Shown here in pieces: positions 25,734 to 38,224 of a stretch of DNA of 64,000 nucleotides. The stretch is from Felis catus. Taxonomy: Eukaryota. The notes beneath the pieces were generated by a model. The model was given only the letters and a program-made list of their open reading frames with translations, did no database searches and was not told the DNA's origin. The first letter of the stretch is position 1, and every line of letters begins with the position of its first letter. Where the stretch lies: NCBI RefSeq assembly GCF_018350175.1, contig NC_058368.1:22384001-22448000 (forward strand). The letters are read 5' to 3'. Made by a program: the position numbers and the translations under genes.

Positions 25734-26861
25734 AGATTTATATAATTCTCAATAGATTTCTCCATGAGGTAAATAATATGACAATAACCAATAAATGTCT
25801 AATTGTACACGAATCCTTTTGTTCCTCAAACAAGAACAAAATAATGAACTGAGAAATGCAGATCTGCAGTTTGAGAATGGAGGCCAGTTGAGGTTTTTGA
25901 CAGAATGTCCGACAAACTGAGAAATTTGAATTTTGAGGGGAACAGAATTTCCCTTTTGAAGAACAGGCAGACCACATTTGCATCCTTGTATATGAGATTA
26001 TACTTGTGAAGGTAAGTGAGGTAAGCAGGTTGGTAAGTACTGCAGTCCATTAATTAAAGCAGGCTTTGAATAATTCTGAGGCATAAGTCTTTGGCTACAT
26101 GTGTTATTTAATTTCAAAATTTTAATCAAATGAGCAATTAAAATAGCTCTATTGAAAAATTGAACTTATTATCTGCCAGAAATCCTCCATTCTTGCTTTT
26201 GTGATTCCTCTGAGTTTAAGTATTTTATTTTAATGATACGCAAATGAAGTTACTTCCCTTCACTACGATCGGTAAAATACCTTCCAATGCTTATTAGTCA
26301 TTACCCGAGAATAGTTATCTTTGTGTGGCTCTCGACCTCTTTTGTCTTTAATCTACTTGTTCTGGCCAGCTGTTGTGATCAGATGCATTGTGGGGACGGG
26401 TAGAATAGTTTTTTAATTGGGGTCTGAACTGAAAACAGCTTTTCCATTAGGCAGAAACAAGGATGCCACAGTAACTTCTGGGTCAGATTATTAAACACAG
26501 TTGTGGTTACCCAGAGACATTTATGCTTAAACTCTTCCATGGCCAATGTCAGTCACAAAGTTAGTATGTTAGAACCTTTCTTTTTGAAGCTATATCCTGA
26601 ATAACAGTTTCTCCAAATCTGTTTCACTAATTGCTTTTCATGGTCAGAACCAGGACCTCCCACAATGACTTGCTGCAGATTGTTGCAGAAGATAATGAGA
26701 TTTAAACTTTATTCATTTATTAAATCTGAGCATGGCCCATGTGCCATAGCCTGTACGAGAAGATGGGCACCCAAAGAAGGAAAGACATGACTTGAATTGT
26801 TTCCTTCAATTCCCATTTTGCATGCTCCTTTGTTACCCAGACTTCCCAACAGGCTTTATAA

Positions 26862-26903
26862 AATGAAGAAATAGGTCTGCAATGAAGAAATAGGTCTGCA
26901 ATG
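26862..26903. repeat. Perfect 19-bp tandem duplication
   Basis: (AATGAAGAAATAGGTCTGC)x2 + AATG. Confidence 0.95.
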
Positions 26904-27119
26904 TTTACATTTGGGCATAAGGAGGGAAGTCTCTTTCTCAAGGCAAGCAAAAGGAAACTTCAAAATAAGTGCCACTGGATTCATATACTTCCCAAGTACT
27001 GATGGAATTAGTGAGCTCTTCATTTCAAGTCAATGGTTATAAGGTAATGCAAGATAATCAATAAAGGATTCAGTTGTATTTCCTATAACAGAGTACAGGA
27101 AAGAAAATCATATACCCAT

Positions 27120-27865
27120 AAAATCTCAAGTCATTATCTCCTCCCAAACCGGCTCTTTTCCCCACAATCCTAGCATAGGTAATGTCACCAGCATCATGTG
27201 CTACCCAAGTCACCATGCTAGTATTGGTTCCCAAATCATGTTGATTCTATCACCCAAACAGCGTTTCAACTTGTGTGCTGCTTCACTGCCATTGCAGAGG
27301 CTTCAGGTCTTCATAATCTCTGGCCTGGACCCCTACACAGACTCCTAACTGGCCCCATTTACCTCCAATGCTTCTCTCTTTATTCTTTGCACAGGCTTGT
27401 CTTTTCGAAACACAAGTATTATCGTGTCCCTTCCCTGTTTCAGAAACTTCATTGGCTCTTCATTGATGATGTACCCCTTCATTTTATCCTCCGTCTTCAT
27501 TTCTCACCTGTACTCTATACACCCAGATCGCATAATATGCGATATCGCATAATATGCGATAGAGTCATGTATGACTCTTATCTGTATAGAGTGCTTTCCA
27601 CCATGTTTGCCTGGTTTTCAGACATCATTCCAACATTGTATCCTCTAATTCTCCTGCTCTTTTTTTTTCTAGGCGGAGAAGGTTGCACTTTTCTACTTTG
27701 TATGTATTTTTAACTTAACTAATAATTTTATCTTCTAATTATTTTGTTACATTTTTTTTCCTCTACATGCGAAGCTGCTGGAGTTAGGACCTGTCTTACT
27801 TATATCTCCAGGCTTGCACATTGACTGATATAGAATTGCTATTCAATAAATGTTTGATGAATGAA
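27120..27865 (+). mobile_element. L2 LINE remnant
   Basis: L2-like 3' text ending ATTCAATAAATGTTTGATGAATGAA. Confidence 0.65.
27510..27594. repeat. Nested palindrome / inverted-repeat cluster
   Basis: (ATCGCATA-A-TATGCGAT)x2 at 27527-27560; AGAGTCAT-GT-ATGACTCT at 27561-27578; outer arms ACTCTATACA (27512-27521) / TGTATAGAGT (27583-27592). Confidence 0.95.
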
Positions 27866-28599
27866 AAACCAAGAGTTGATATGTTCCTGCAATTTATTTA
27901 TTAGGTTTGTGTGGGATTAGCATCATCTGCAATGTGCTGATTATGCATAATATTGATAGCAATAACATAACCAGAATTTTCTTTCTACTTTGTACTTCAC
28001 AGAGGAAAGCCATAGATATACATATAATTTGCTGCAACTCTGGACTTCAAGTAGTGTAATTCCCTAAAATACTGGATGAGAAAATTGTATGTGGCTCAGG
28101 AGAACAATGTATTCTTTGACATTAGCCATGAAAGCTTTCAAAACACAAATATAAATTCTCCTTCCTCTGACCTGTTTTCTCTAGTCTCTTTCCTACAAGA
28201 GATCACATTTTTCTTCCTTGCACATATAATGTTTTTAGAGCACTCTGCTGTTACGAAGCATTCTGCAACCCCTAGTTAACCTATTTAGATCTCAGTGTTC
28301 TTATCTGTATAATGAGGCTAATGGTACTAAACTGTTCTCTTAGGGATGTTTGATTAAATATGTTTCTTGACATTGCACAGACCCTGCATACATCAGCAAG
28401 GATTTTCAAAATAAAATGTCCTATGCGCACAGAAAATTGTTTTATTTGGCATTGTTTTAAAAGCAAGCACATTTTTTGAGAGGAACGTTTGCACATCAGC
28501 AAACACTTCAAAATGGATCTAAGGTAAAAATTGTTATGACTGCAGTCAATGTTTTATTTGTGGATGATAAGATAGGCAAGTATTTCAAAACATCTCCAC

Positions 28600-28703
28600 C
28601 CATAATTTTTAATGGGAAAAGCAAAGCTTGGTGGGATATGAGATAATTGTATCTTTGCCCAGTATACTGGATGTTGTAGAGGATTTTCTAATACACATTT
28701 TTT
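28600..28703. repeat. Dispersed direct repeat, copy 1
   Basis: 52 bp (28606-28657) identical to 29259-29310, then 45 bp with 8 mismatches. Confidence 0.95.
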
Positions 28704-29251
28704 ACTCCAGGATAGAACCGTGTTGTGTTGTATCTTCTTACAGTGCCTTCTTTACCATTTCAAGGAGGAGTAGAGCCCAGAATTCCTGAGGTAATGCCTT
28801 ATCCTGGCAATTTTCCTGTTATTTCATGTGGCAAGAAGGGCCGTGTTAATCTCTCACATAGGCTGAGCTAGACTGGTTTAGTTGGACAGGGTCTCTTTTA
28901 TCCACATCTCTAATTTTTCTATCCATATGAACTTTCCCTTGTTTGTACCACTTTTTGTGATGACTGCTGGTTTCTCTCCCAGCGATAAGTGGACCCAGAC
29001 ACAGAGAGGAGAAGCCAGTAGAGAAGGAAGGAAATGAAAAGAAACCAAGAGGAAAATATAAACAAAGCATATCCTGGAATGTTTCTGAGATGCTGAAAAG
29101 TAGTAGGATAAATTAGATTTTCCAAAAAAAATTATAGGACAATATTTCATCTCATACCCTCCTCTCATCAGTCCCCAGACCTAGATTCAGTTGTTAACGG
29201 GTGAACAAATGCTTCCTTCAGTAAAGTTGGTGTAAAAAAATGGTACTCTAG

Positions 29252-29355
29252 CCATTATTTTTTAATGGGAAAAGCAAAGCTTGGTGGGATATGAGATAAT
29301 TGTATCTTTGTTCAGTATACTGACTGTTCTAGAGCATTTTCTAAAACATATTTTT
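29252..29355. repeat. Dispersed direct repeat, copy 2
   Basis: Aligns to 28600-28703. Confidence 0.95.
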
Positions 29356-29610
29356 GTATAGCATATGGAAAGGTTCTGACTCCAAGAACTGGCTAGAATC
29401 AACCTCTGGTCAAGCCTCTGTCTTCTGCTCCCATATCTTGATGTGGAAGAGAATCATCAGGAAATATTTTTAAATACAAACCCTCTTTTTTATCAAAGCT
29501 TAATGTACATAATTTATAAAGCATATATTAATTTGAACAAACTGAATACACTCATTAACCAGCATCATTTAGAGAGTTTTTTGTTTTTGCTTTTAAGATA
29601 AAGCCCTTGG

Positions 29611-29834
29611 GGGGCGCCTGGGGGGCGCAGTCGGTTAAGCGTCCGACTTCAGCCAGGTCACGCTCTAGCGGTCCAGGAGTTGGAGCCCCGCGTCGGGCTC
29701 TGGGCTGATGGCTCAGAGCCTGGAGCCTGTTTCCGATTCTGTGTCTCCCTCTCTCTCTGCCCCTCCCCCGTTCATGCTCTGTCTCTCTCTGTCCCAAAAA
29801 TAAATAAACGTTGAAAAAAAAATTAAAAAAAAAA
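29611..29834 (+). mobile_element. Young felid SINEC_Fc with perfect 16-bp TSD
   Basis: TSD AAGATAAAGCCCTTGG (29595-29610, 29835-29850); CAGCCAGGTCACG variant, CpGs retained. Confidence 0.97.
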
Positions 29835-30109
29835 AAGATAAAGCCCTTGGGACACTTTTCCAGACCTGCTGAATCAGGATTTCAAATTTTGGGTCTAGGG
29901 ATCTGTATTTTAAATAAATTCCTCAGGAGATTCTTTTGAAGCCAGGTGGGCACGAATTCCAGTTCACTGGTTCGGGAACTACTCTGTAGATCCCAGGATG
30001 CAGAAGTTAGTAGGAAGAAGATCTTAGGGTAAGTCATGGAGTCCTGGTGGAAGGAAGAGTAAGGGATCCTCCTGTTTGGAGAAGAGTTATAATAGTTGTT
30101 TGAGGAAGG

Positions 30110-30616
30110 AACTATGGCCAAAAATCCTCCTTCCATTTGCTCCCAGTACTCACATACCTTTTCTGATTAGTAACAGAGTCCTAATACTCAGCGAGACACA
30201 TAGTTACCTGAAATAAAGACTATATCTTGGCCTTTCTTGCAGTTAGATGTGGCCACGTGACTAAATTTTAGCCAGGGAGATAGATGTAAGTGAAAGTTTC
30301 CTATGTGAGCTCTGGGAAGTCTTTAAAGTTGAGGTGCACTCTTCTTGATCTTTTCCTTCTAGCTAGTAGCTGGAATATGGAAGTGCTGGCTGGAGCTCAA
30401 GCAGCCATTTTGATCCAGGTGGACCAAGACCATACCATGCCATTAGGGATGGCAGAGAAGAAAGCTGGAGGAACTTAGGTTCCTAAGAACTTTGTGAATT
30501 TCATACCAACTCTATAGCTCTATAGTGCCGATTCTGAACTCTTAACAGTTTTATGTTTGGCTACTATTAATTTGAGATTTTTAATATTACAGCTGGATGT
30601 AATCCTAACAGATGCA
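30110..30616 (+). mobile_element. MaLR solo LTR, MLT1J-like
   Basis: CTTGCAGTTAGATGTGGCCACGTGACTAAATTTTAGCCA, GGCTGGAGCTCAAGCAGCCATTTTG, end AATCCTAACAGATGCA. Confidence 0.75.
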
Positions 30617-33047
30617 GAGGATTTTCCTGCTCTACATATGTATATCTGAAGGATCTCAGTAAGAGGTGGTAATCTCTCAAGAACATGGTGCTCTATTACT
30701 TGCCAAGAAAACACTGAGAACAAGTTTCAATTTTCATAATCAACTCTTAAGCAAGATAAATATGTTCAATACTGTGCAGTAGAAACTTGCTTTCTAGGAG
30801 CTACTTATGTAGTTAGTCTTTTCCCCCAGGCTTCACCTGGACCAGGTCTTATCTGGTATCTGGAGTACTTTGGTGGGATTCTCCAGAGAGTGTCTTGTTC
30901 TCCCCAGGAAAGTGTTAATCTTATAATGTCATAGTTTTAGGAGAATTCTGCGGATTAGGGCAAGTTTCCAGCTAACTGCTAAGGGAGAGCAGTGGGTCCA
31001 ATTCCTAAAGATATATGAAGCTGGCACAGGCTAGGTATGTTTTCAGGTCTTAAGCCAAGATAAACAGGAGTGGGATACAGCTTCAGTGTCAGTGAGAGGA
31101 TTGAGACATAAATGACTTTTCGGGGTTGGGCTGAGGCAGAGGTAAGGGATGAGCAGCAGGTCCGAGGGCAACAGCATGCTCAGATCTAATTGTCTCAGAT
31201 CTGCAGTGAGACCAACTTCAAGGCCCTATTAATAAATGCCCAGGGTTCCTAATGCACGTGATATATACTCAGTGCCTTGGTCAGAAACTGGACAGGGCTG
31301 AGGCTACTGGTGAAAGATAGTGCCGCCAGAGGTGGAAATAGGAGAATTGTCATTGTCTGACTTCTTGCAAGTTATTTAACTCTTCTTAGCCTCAATTCCC
31401 TCATCGGTAAACCTGGAGCTAATAATAGGTATTCCATCAGAGAGTAAAAGAAAATATTTTATGAGCAAGGAATTTGCAAATTGTGACCAGTTAAACAAAT
31501 GCAAATTATTATTACTATCTGGGAAGAAGGATGGCAGCAATTTAACTGTGCAGAGCAGATCTTCATCGCATTTAGGATGAGATGAGTATAATTCATTCCT
31601 TTGAAATGAATGGGGGTAGATTTATAGCTTCAGGATATAATTACTAGGCTTGTAATCTGGTCAGGGAACTTATGTCAGAGAGATACTGTATTCTTATCTG
31701 AGAAAAAGGCAAGGCTTTTTCAGGGATCACGTGACAGATTTGTTTACTTTTTAATCATTTCATAGGTGATATAGTTCATCTTAGGGAAGCCACGATTCAT
31801 AAAAGTACAGTTTACAACCCACCAGAATCAAGAACAGCCACATTGAGAGTTATTGAACGTTGTATGTTGTTCTAGACAGCCATTAAGAATCAGATACAAG
31901 AGTCAAGAGTGATTGCTTTTTGTTATAAAAGCAGCATTGGGCTATACAGGTTTACAATTGTATTTGTTGTAATAAACCACATTTTATAGGCAACAGGTGT
32001 AGCTGAGTTATATCCTAAATTGTGTGAGGCTGTGCTGTCAGCTGGCTCTAAAGGGATTTGGAAAGATTTATGAGACTGAATGACAGCCAAGGTGATTCTT
32101 GAAATTGACTTCTTAAGGTGTCATTTTGGTGAATGACAGGTTATAGTTACTAAAAAAAATTCTCATAATAATAAAGAGTTTGTCTTTAAATGACAGTAAG
32201 GCTGTTTAGTGAAAAAAAAAAGGCTTATTATTTAACCATAGAGTGCTAAATTTTGGACATTCAGTGAATCTAATTGGCTCTGAGCATGTGGCCTGACACC
32301 CTCAGCCATTCAGAATCCCTTCTTACCCCAACCAAAGGCCACAGGTTCATTCAAAGAGGGTTGTAATCTACTCACATTGCTTGAAAAAGAATTTGTTCTT
32401 AATTAGTGTCTTTTCTAACTATTGCAATTAATTTAAGACAAATCAGCTATGCTTTGGGGGGAAATGTATTTCACACTCTTGTCAGATAAGCTTCTTTTTC
32501 TTTCACTGTTTCTTTACCAGCCATCCTGCCCAGGGGCCCCCATGCTTCCTCCTCTCCCCAAGATAAATCATTTAATCTCTACCCTCCTCTCATGTTTCAG
32601 ACCAGTCAGCTCGTCTCATAAAGGCTGTCAGCATCTGAACTGAGCATTTTCAGGTTGAATAAGAAGTATTTTTTTCTTTCATTCTTATTTGCTGTTAAGT
32701 ACAATATTATAATAATATTGAAGACAATTTTAGAGGGAATGTTTTATCTTTATCTGACAAATACTTATTGAGAGGCTCCTATAGCCCAAGCTCCATTCTA
32801 GACACTTGGGATATAGCAGGAAACACATAACCCTGCCCTCATGGGCTTTCATCTGATTGTGGGGAGAGAAAATAATAAACAAATATTATGTCAGATGGTG
32901 GTAAGTTCTAAGGAGACTAGTAAAACAGGGTAAGGTTTGGAAATTTGGGGTTGGGTGGGGGAGCTATTATTTTCCATCTTTTCCCAACTGCTCTGTAAGA
33001 CCATGTGTTCTTCCCCTTGAAAAATACCAATTCCCCACACTCTCCTG

Positions 33048-33135
33048 CCAAAAAAAACAAACACAAACACAAACACAAACAAACAAACGAAAACAGAAAA
33101 AAACCCAAAACCAAACCAAAACAAAACAAAAAAAA
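33048..33135. repeat. A-rich simple repeat (CAAAA / CAAACA units)
   Basis: Directly visible. Confidence 0.85.
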
Positions 33136-34199
33136 TCACCCATGAATAAACATTTAATGATAGGGTCTGAACTTTTTCACAGCATTCATAAAACTAACAC
33201 TAACTAAAGGCTTGATGCTAATTCTTAAATGGAGAAAATTGGAGGAAATACAAAGATAAGAAATATCAAATAGGAGAGGAAACTGGCAGGAGACTGAGGT
33301 GAAAAAATTCTAGTCATTAAAAGTTTGTGTTCATATATCAAACTGAGAGTTTTTGGCAAGACCAGATTGGGGTAGAGAAATCTTGAGATGAAATTAGAAA
33401 GAAATCAAGTTGTTTCAGATTGAACTGTCTTATTCAACTTGTGTATCATTGACTGTTTCTACTTGGCATAAAGTTCCTGGGTTCTCTCTTTCACTCTTTT
33501 GTCCTAGAACAACAGTTAAAGATTTAAAAATGGGAAGTCCTGCCTACCTGGAAGTGTCAGGACCATTAGCAATGTGAGGGATACAGAAACACCTTAATGG
33601 AAAAGTCTAAACCAGAAGGTATTAGGCTCTAATTTGAACTCTCCAAGAGTCTGCTCCAAATTGACAATGAGAGGTCCAACTCTCCATACCTCCTTTAAAA
33701 ACAAGTATACTTGTGTATGGCTGATTTTTAATGAAGATAATGGTTAGAATCATTATGTGTAAAAATCCAAGAGCCCCATTTACTATGAGATCCCATTGGG
33801 TCAGCAGAATAAGTTCAGCATTGCAGTAGGCAGATTTGGATTTGAATTCTGGCTTTACCAGGTACTCATTGACCTTAGACAACTCAATGAATCTTGTTGG
33901 GCCTATTTCATAGCATAGGGACATTTCTGGTGTTGCACATGATAAAAATTCAGGGGCTTAGTCTTGAGTTAGTTTCATTCATGTGAAATTGCCATTTTGT
34001 ATTTCAAAGACAGCCAAATGTTGGCAATTTTATGTAGAACAGATTGGTATATAGTGCATGCTAAATTAAGAGTAGCCATTATTATTGCCATTTTCATTCA
34101 GTATTTTAAAGATTTATTTACTTGACAATGTTAGAACATTTATATATTGATTAGGGCCTTTAGGTGTCCAAAGGGCAATCATAAAAGTACTTTATTCCT

Positions 34200-34800
34200 T
34201 TTTTTTTTTTTTAGTAATAGCTTTTTTGAGATGTAAATAACATTTCATAAAATTGATCATTTTAAAGTGTATAATTCAGTAGTTTTTAGCATATTCACAG
34301 AATTATGCCACTTATCACCACTATCCAATTTTAGAAATTCTCCTCACCCCAAAAGAAATCCCATACCTACTAGCAGTCACTCCCTGTTCCCCCTGCCTCA
34401 ACCCCTGGCAACTACTTATTCACTTTCTGTGTTTGTGGATTTGATTATTCTGGACATTTTTTATAAATAGAATCAGACAATATGTGGTCTTTTGTGACTG
34501 ATTTCTTTCACTTAGCATAATGTTTTCAAGGTTTATACATGTTATAGCATGTATCAGTATTTCATTCCTTTTTACGACTGAATAACATTCCATTGTATAG
34601 GTATACCACATTTGGTCTATCCATCCATCAGTTGATGGACATTTGGATTGTTTCCACTTTTTGGGCATCATGAGTAATGTTGCTTTGAACATTTGTGTAC
34701 AAGTTTTGTGTAGAAATATATTTTTGATTCTTTTGGTAAGGAAATTTCTAGGTCATGTGCTAACTATATGCTTAACTTTAGACAGCTACCAAACTGTTTC
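34200..34800 (-). mobile_element. L1MB-like 3' end
   Basis: Minus ORF 34420-34692 gives the degenerate L1 ORF2 C-terminus (KKWKQSKCPSTDGWIDQMWYTYTMECYSVVKRNEIL); poly(T) at ~34199-34212. Confidence 0.9.
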
Positions 34801-34814
34801 CTTGATTTCAAATG

Positions 34815-35775
34815 TCTAAAAAGTGGGTGATTCTAGCAGAGAAAACACAGGATGAACTTGGGGTATCTGTAGTGCAAGAAAGCAAGGAAGTGCTAAGAGT
34901 ATAAAAGATGGGGACACGTAGCAGCCAACCCTGAAATAGTTACCAAGGACCAAACCTGGGACAATTTGAATAACAAAGAAAACAGCATCATGTCGAGTTA
35001 CAACCCACATATAAAATAAATATGCATTAGTCCACACTGATATAAATAAATGATTGAATAAACAAATGAATGGGGGAGAAGAGGCAAATCTTCCTTATGG
35101 GAGATTTCCAAATACAATAAGTAGAGACTGCCCCTCAAGTAGGTGGAGCTTAAGTCATTTTAGTGCGTGACTGTGACCCACTGCCAAAGAACAGAGTATG
35201 GAAAGGAGAAAAATAGTAGCTTTATATAGAAATCTGGCAATGCTACTTTAACCAAATGGTCAAGGTTAACATCACCATCAGTAAGTCATGTTTAGATCGT
35301 GTGCCCCATGATATGATGTGATGAGAAGGGCACTTCACCTCTGTGACATTCTTCCCCAAGATCCATAGCCCTAATTTAATCATGACAAAACATCATATAA
35401 ATGCAAATTGAAGGGCATTCTACAAAATGTCTGATCAATAGTCTTCAAAACTGTCAAGGTTATGAAAGATAAGGTAAGACTGAGAAACTGTCACAGAGCA
35501 GAGGTGACTGAATTCAGCATGGTGTCCTACTTGGGATTCTGGACCAGAGAAAGGACATTAGTGGGAAAATTGGTGACATCCAAATGAAGTCTAGGAGTGT
35601 AGTTGCTAGTAATGTACTAAAGCTGGTTTCTTAGTTTGGACAAAAGCACTGCTATCATGTAAAATGTTAACATTAGGGTTCACTGAGTGAGGGATATATG
35701 GGAAATCTGTACTATCTTTGTAGCTTTTCCGGATACATAAAAGTATTCAGAAATTTTTAAAAGTTTACTTAAAAA
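34815..35775 (+). mobile_element. L1MC-like 3' region
   Basis: CAAGGTTAACATCACC...AGAAGGGCACTTCACCTCTGTG...GTACTATCTTTGTAGCTTTTC. Confidence 0.75.
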
Positions 35776-35785
35776 GTAAATTCCT

Positions 35786-36007
35786 GGGGCGCCTGGGTGG
35801 CGCAGTCGGTTAAGCGTCCGACTTCAGCCAGGTCACGATCTCGCGGTCCGGGAGTTCGAGCCCCGCATTGGGCTCTGGGCTGATGGCTCGGAGCCTGGAA
35901 CCTGTTTCCGATTCAGTGTCTCCCTCTCTCTCTGCCCCTCCCCCGTTCATGCTCTGTCTCTCTCTGTCCCAAAAATAAATAAAAAACGTTGAAAAAAAAA
36001 TTAAAAA
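35786..36007 (+). mobile_element. Young felid SINEC_Fc with perfect 15-bp TSD
   Basis: TSD AAAAAGTAAATTCCT (35771-35785, 36008-36022). Confidence 0.97.
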
Positions 36008-37348
36008 AAAAAGTAAATTCCTTACATTGAAACATAAATAATACATTTAATTGACATATAGCTATCTCTGCCAAAACAACAAAAAATATTTAATGAAAAA
36101 AATTTAGTGGGTATAAGAACGGTTATTCACGAAATTCAGATACAAGCATTTGTTACTGGAAATGAATGTTGCAATTTAACTAAACTGGTGGTTAACTTGG
36201 ATTAAATTTACCAGGGAATTGCTTATCTTTCTCTCAAACTATCTAGAGTTACAAGGTTGGTTGGCTACAGCTGCAGCAGCAACAAAGGTTTTAGCATTTG
36301 ATTCCCGGCATCCAGCACATAGGGCACAGTTCTGTTGTCTCCTTCTGTGAATTAACTTATCTGTTTTCTTAAGGAGTATCAGCGTTTGCCAAATTAGTGA
36401 GTGAATGTCACACTGAAGAAGACATTAGTTTACCTTGGCCTCCTTTACCTGGAGTTGCTGAAGTACACTGTATACCTGCCTACTGGTCAGATATTCCTAG
36501 TTTAGGACTCAGCTCTTCAGTAAACGGTGACAACTCCCGGATCTTCACCCTCACACTTGTCTCTTGTTTCGTGTGCTTGACTCTTTCCTGGGCAGAGACT
36601 AGCTGTCCCATTAATACACAATTCAAAAGATCCCAAACTCACGCATTTCTCTTGTTACCTTTCATGCCTGTTACGATCCTTCCTCCACCTATCTATATTC
36701 CCTTCCTCAAGTAAGGATTATCAATCACTCAGGGGCCAAAAAGAAACCTGAGAGTCTTCTGAGTGATTCCAAGTGGCATCCTTGTATAGACGTTGGTTGC
36801 TTAACCTCACCCTCATTTTTGAGGTCATGGACTGAACTCGCTGCCTGCTCATCGATTTTGGACCTTAATCCTGCTCACCAGCAGGCTTTGCTCTTTGCTT
36901 CTTCCTGGTCTCCCATTGAGCTGGGTGCAATAACTAGAATTGGAATCATCAGTGTGGAAGTGATTGTTCTATCCCTGCTTTTGTGGGGGTGAGAAGGGCA
37001 ATCAGACAATTTGAGAAGAATTTAATTTTATGCAGTATATCTAAAAAACCCTTTCCTGTTGTCATCATTTGAGAACATGATTGCACTCAGCATATTATAG
37101 ACAGATTACAATAACATATATTCACTGAATTGACTTCTAAATGTTTTTACTTTTTTCACAATGGAAATACACCATTCATTCTCAATGTATAAAGACTAAA
37201 ATAATCTCACATGATTATGGTTTTGAATATTAATCTTTTTTTAACATTAAATTTTTAGAAATAATTTTTAAAAGAATGAACTGATAGCATTAACTGAAAA
37301 TTTTATCTCATACATTTTATTCATTTTTCAGTTAAAAAAATACTTATG

Positions 37349-37555
37349 GGGGCGCCTGGGTGGCGCAGTCGGTTAAGCGTCCGACTTCAGCCAGGTCACG
37401 ATCTCGCGGTCCGTGAGTTCGAGCCCCGCGTCAGGCTCTGGGCTGATGGTTCGGAGCCTGGAGCCTGTTTCCGATTCTGTGTCTCCCTCTCTCTCTGCCC
37501 CTCCCCCGTTCATGCTCTGTCTCTCTCTGTCCCAAAAATAAATAAACGTTGAAAA
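37349..37555 (+). mobile_element. Young felid SINEC_Fc with TSD
   Basis: Flanks AAAAAAATACTTA(T/C)G; nearly all CpGs intact. Confidence 0.97.
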
Positions 37556-38224
37556 AAAAAAATACTTACGATGGAAATCCTGATTTTCCTCCTCCTTCAA
37601 CTTCCATGCCCTTATACTTCTAGGACATAGACTTGAAAGATTAACTACTTCAGAAACATCGTGGGGCTCAAATCACAGTTATGACCCAGAAAAGCCCATG
37701 ACCCTGCCACCTTTTTATTCTAGGATTTCTGCTAGAGAGTTCTTGGAAAATATGAGAAGCGATTCATGTTACAGTTCAAGGTTTACTTGAGAGTTAAAAC
37801 CAGAGACACTGAAAGAGACCTGTGACCACTCATTTTGCCTTTTGATTAGTGGGAGTGAATCCTGGTACTGACCATTTCACCTCATTAGTGGAGTTCTCTG
37901 ACCACACCTCTCCCTTTAATTCTTTCCTGAGTGAATTTGTAATTTTCTTTTGATTCCTGCTTTTAAAACAACAGATTGTGAAGGATCAAAGAGAAACTGG
38001 ATAATGACAAGGAGGAAGTGGCAAGCTAGTGACATCTTTGCAGAAGGAATAGTACCTACAAACAATGTGATTATTCAGAAGTAGTCTTTTGAAAAGTGAC
38101 TACAGAATAAATTCCAGTGCAACAAAGTCCAAGACTGGCCAAGTATCTTGTTTATTCTTTAATTCTTGTTTGGCCATTAACCTTTCATTGGGTGTCTACT
38201 ATATGTAAGACTCGGTAAAAAGAA

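Noticed and set aside
27273..27713. Longest ORF in the window (146 aa)
   Set aside because: Non-ATG start, lies in an L2 relic and crosses the palindromic insertion; no recognisable protein.
28600..29355. Direct repeats as LTRs of a miniature retroelement, or as a CRISPR-like array
   Set aside because: No TG...CA termini, primer-binding site, polypurine tract or TSD seen; only two copies, in a eukaryotic context.
34420..34692. ORF resembling the C-terminus of a reverse-transcriptase protein
   Set aside because: Degenerate L1 ORF2 C-terminal fragment of an old truncated L1, not a host gene.
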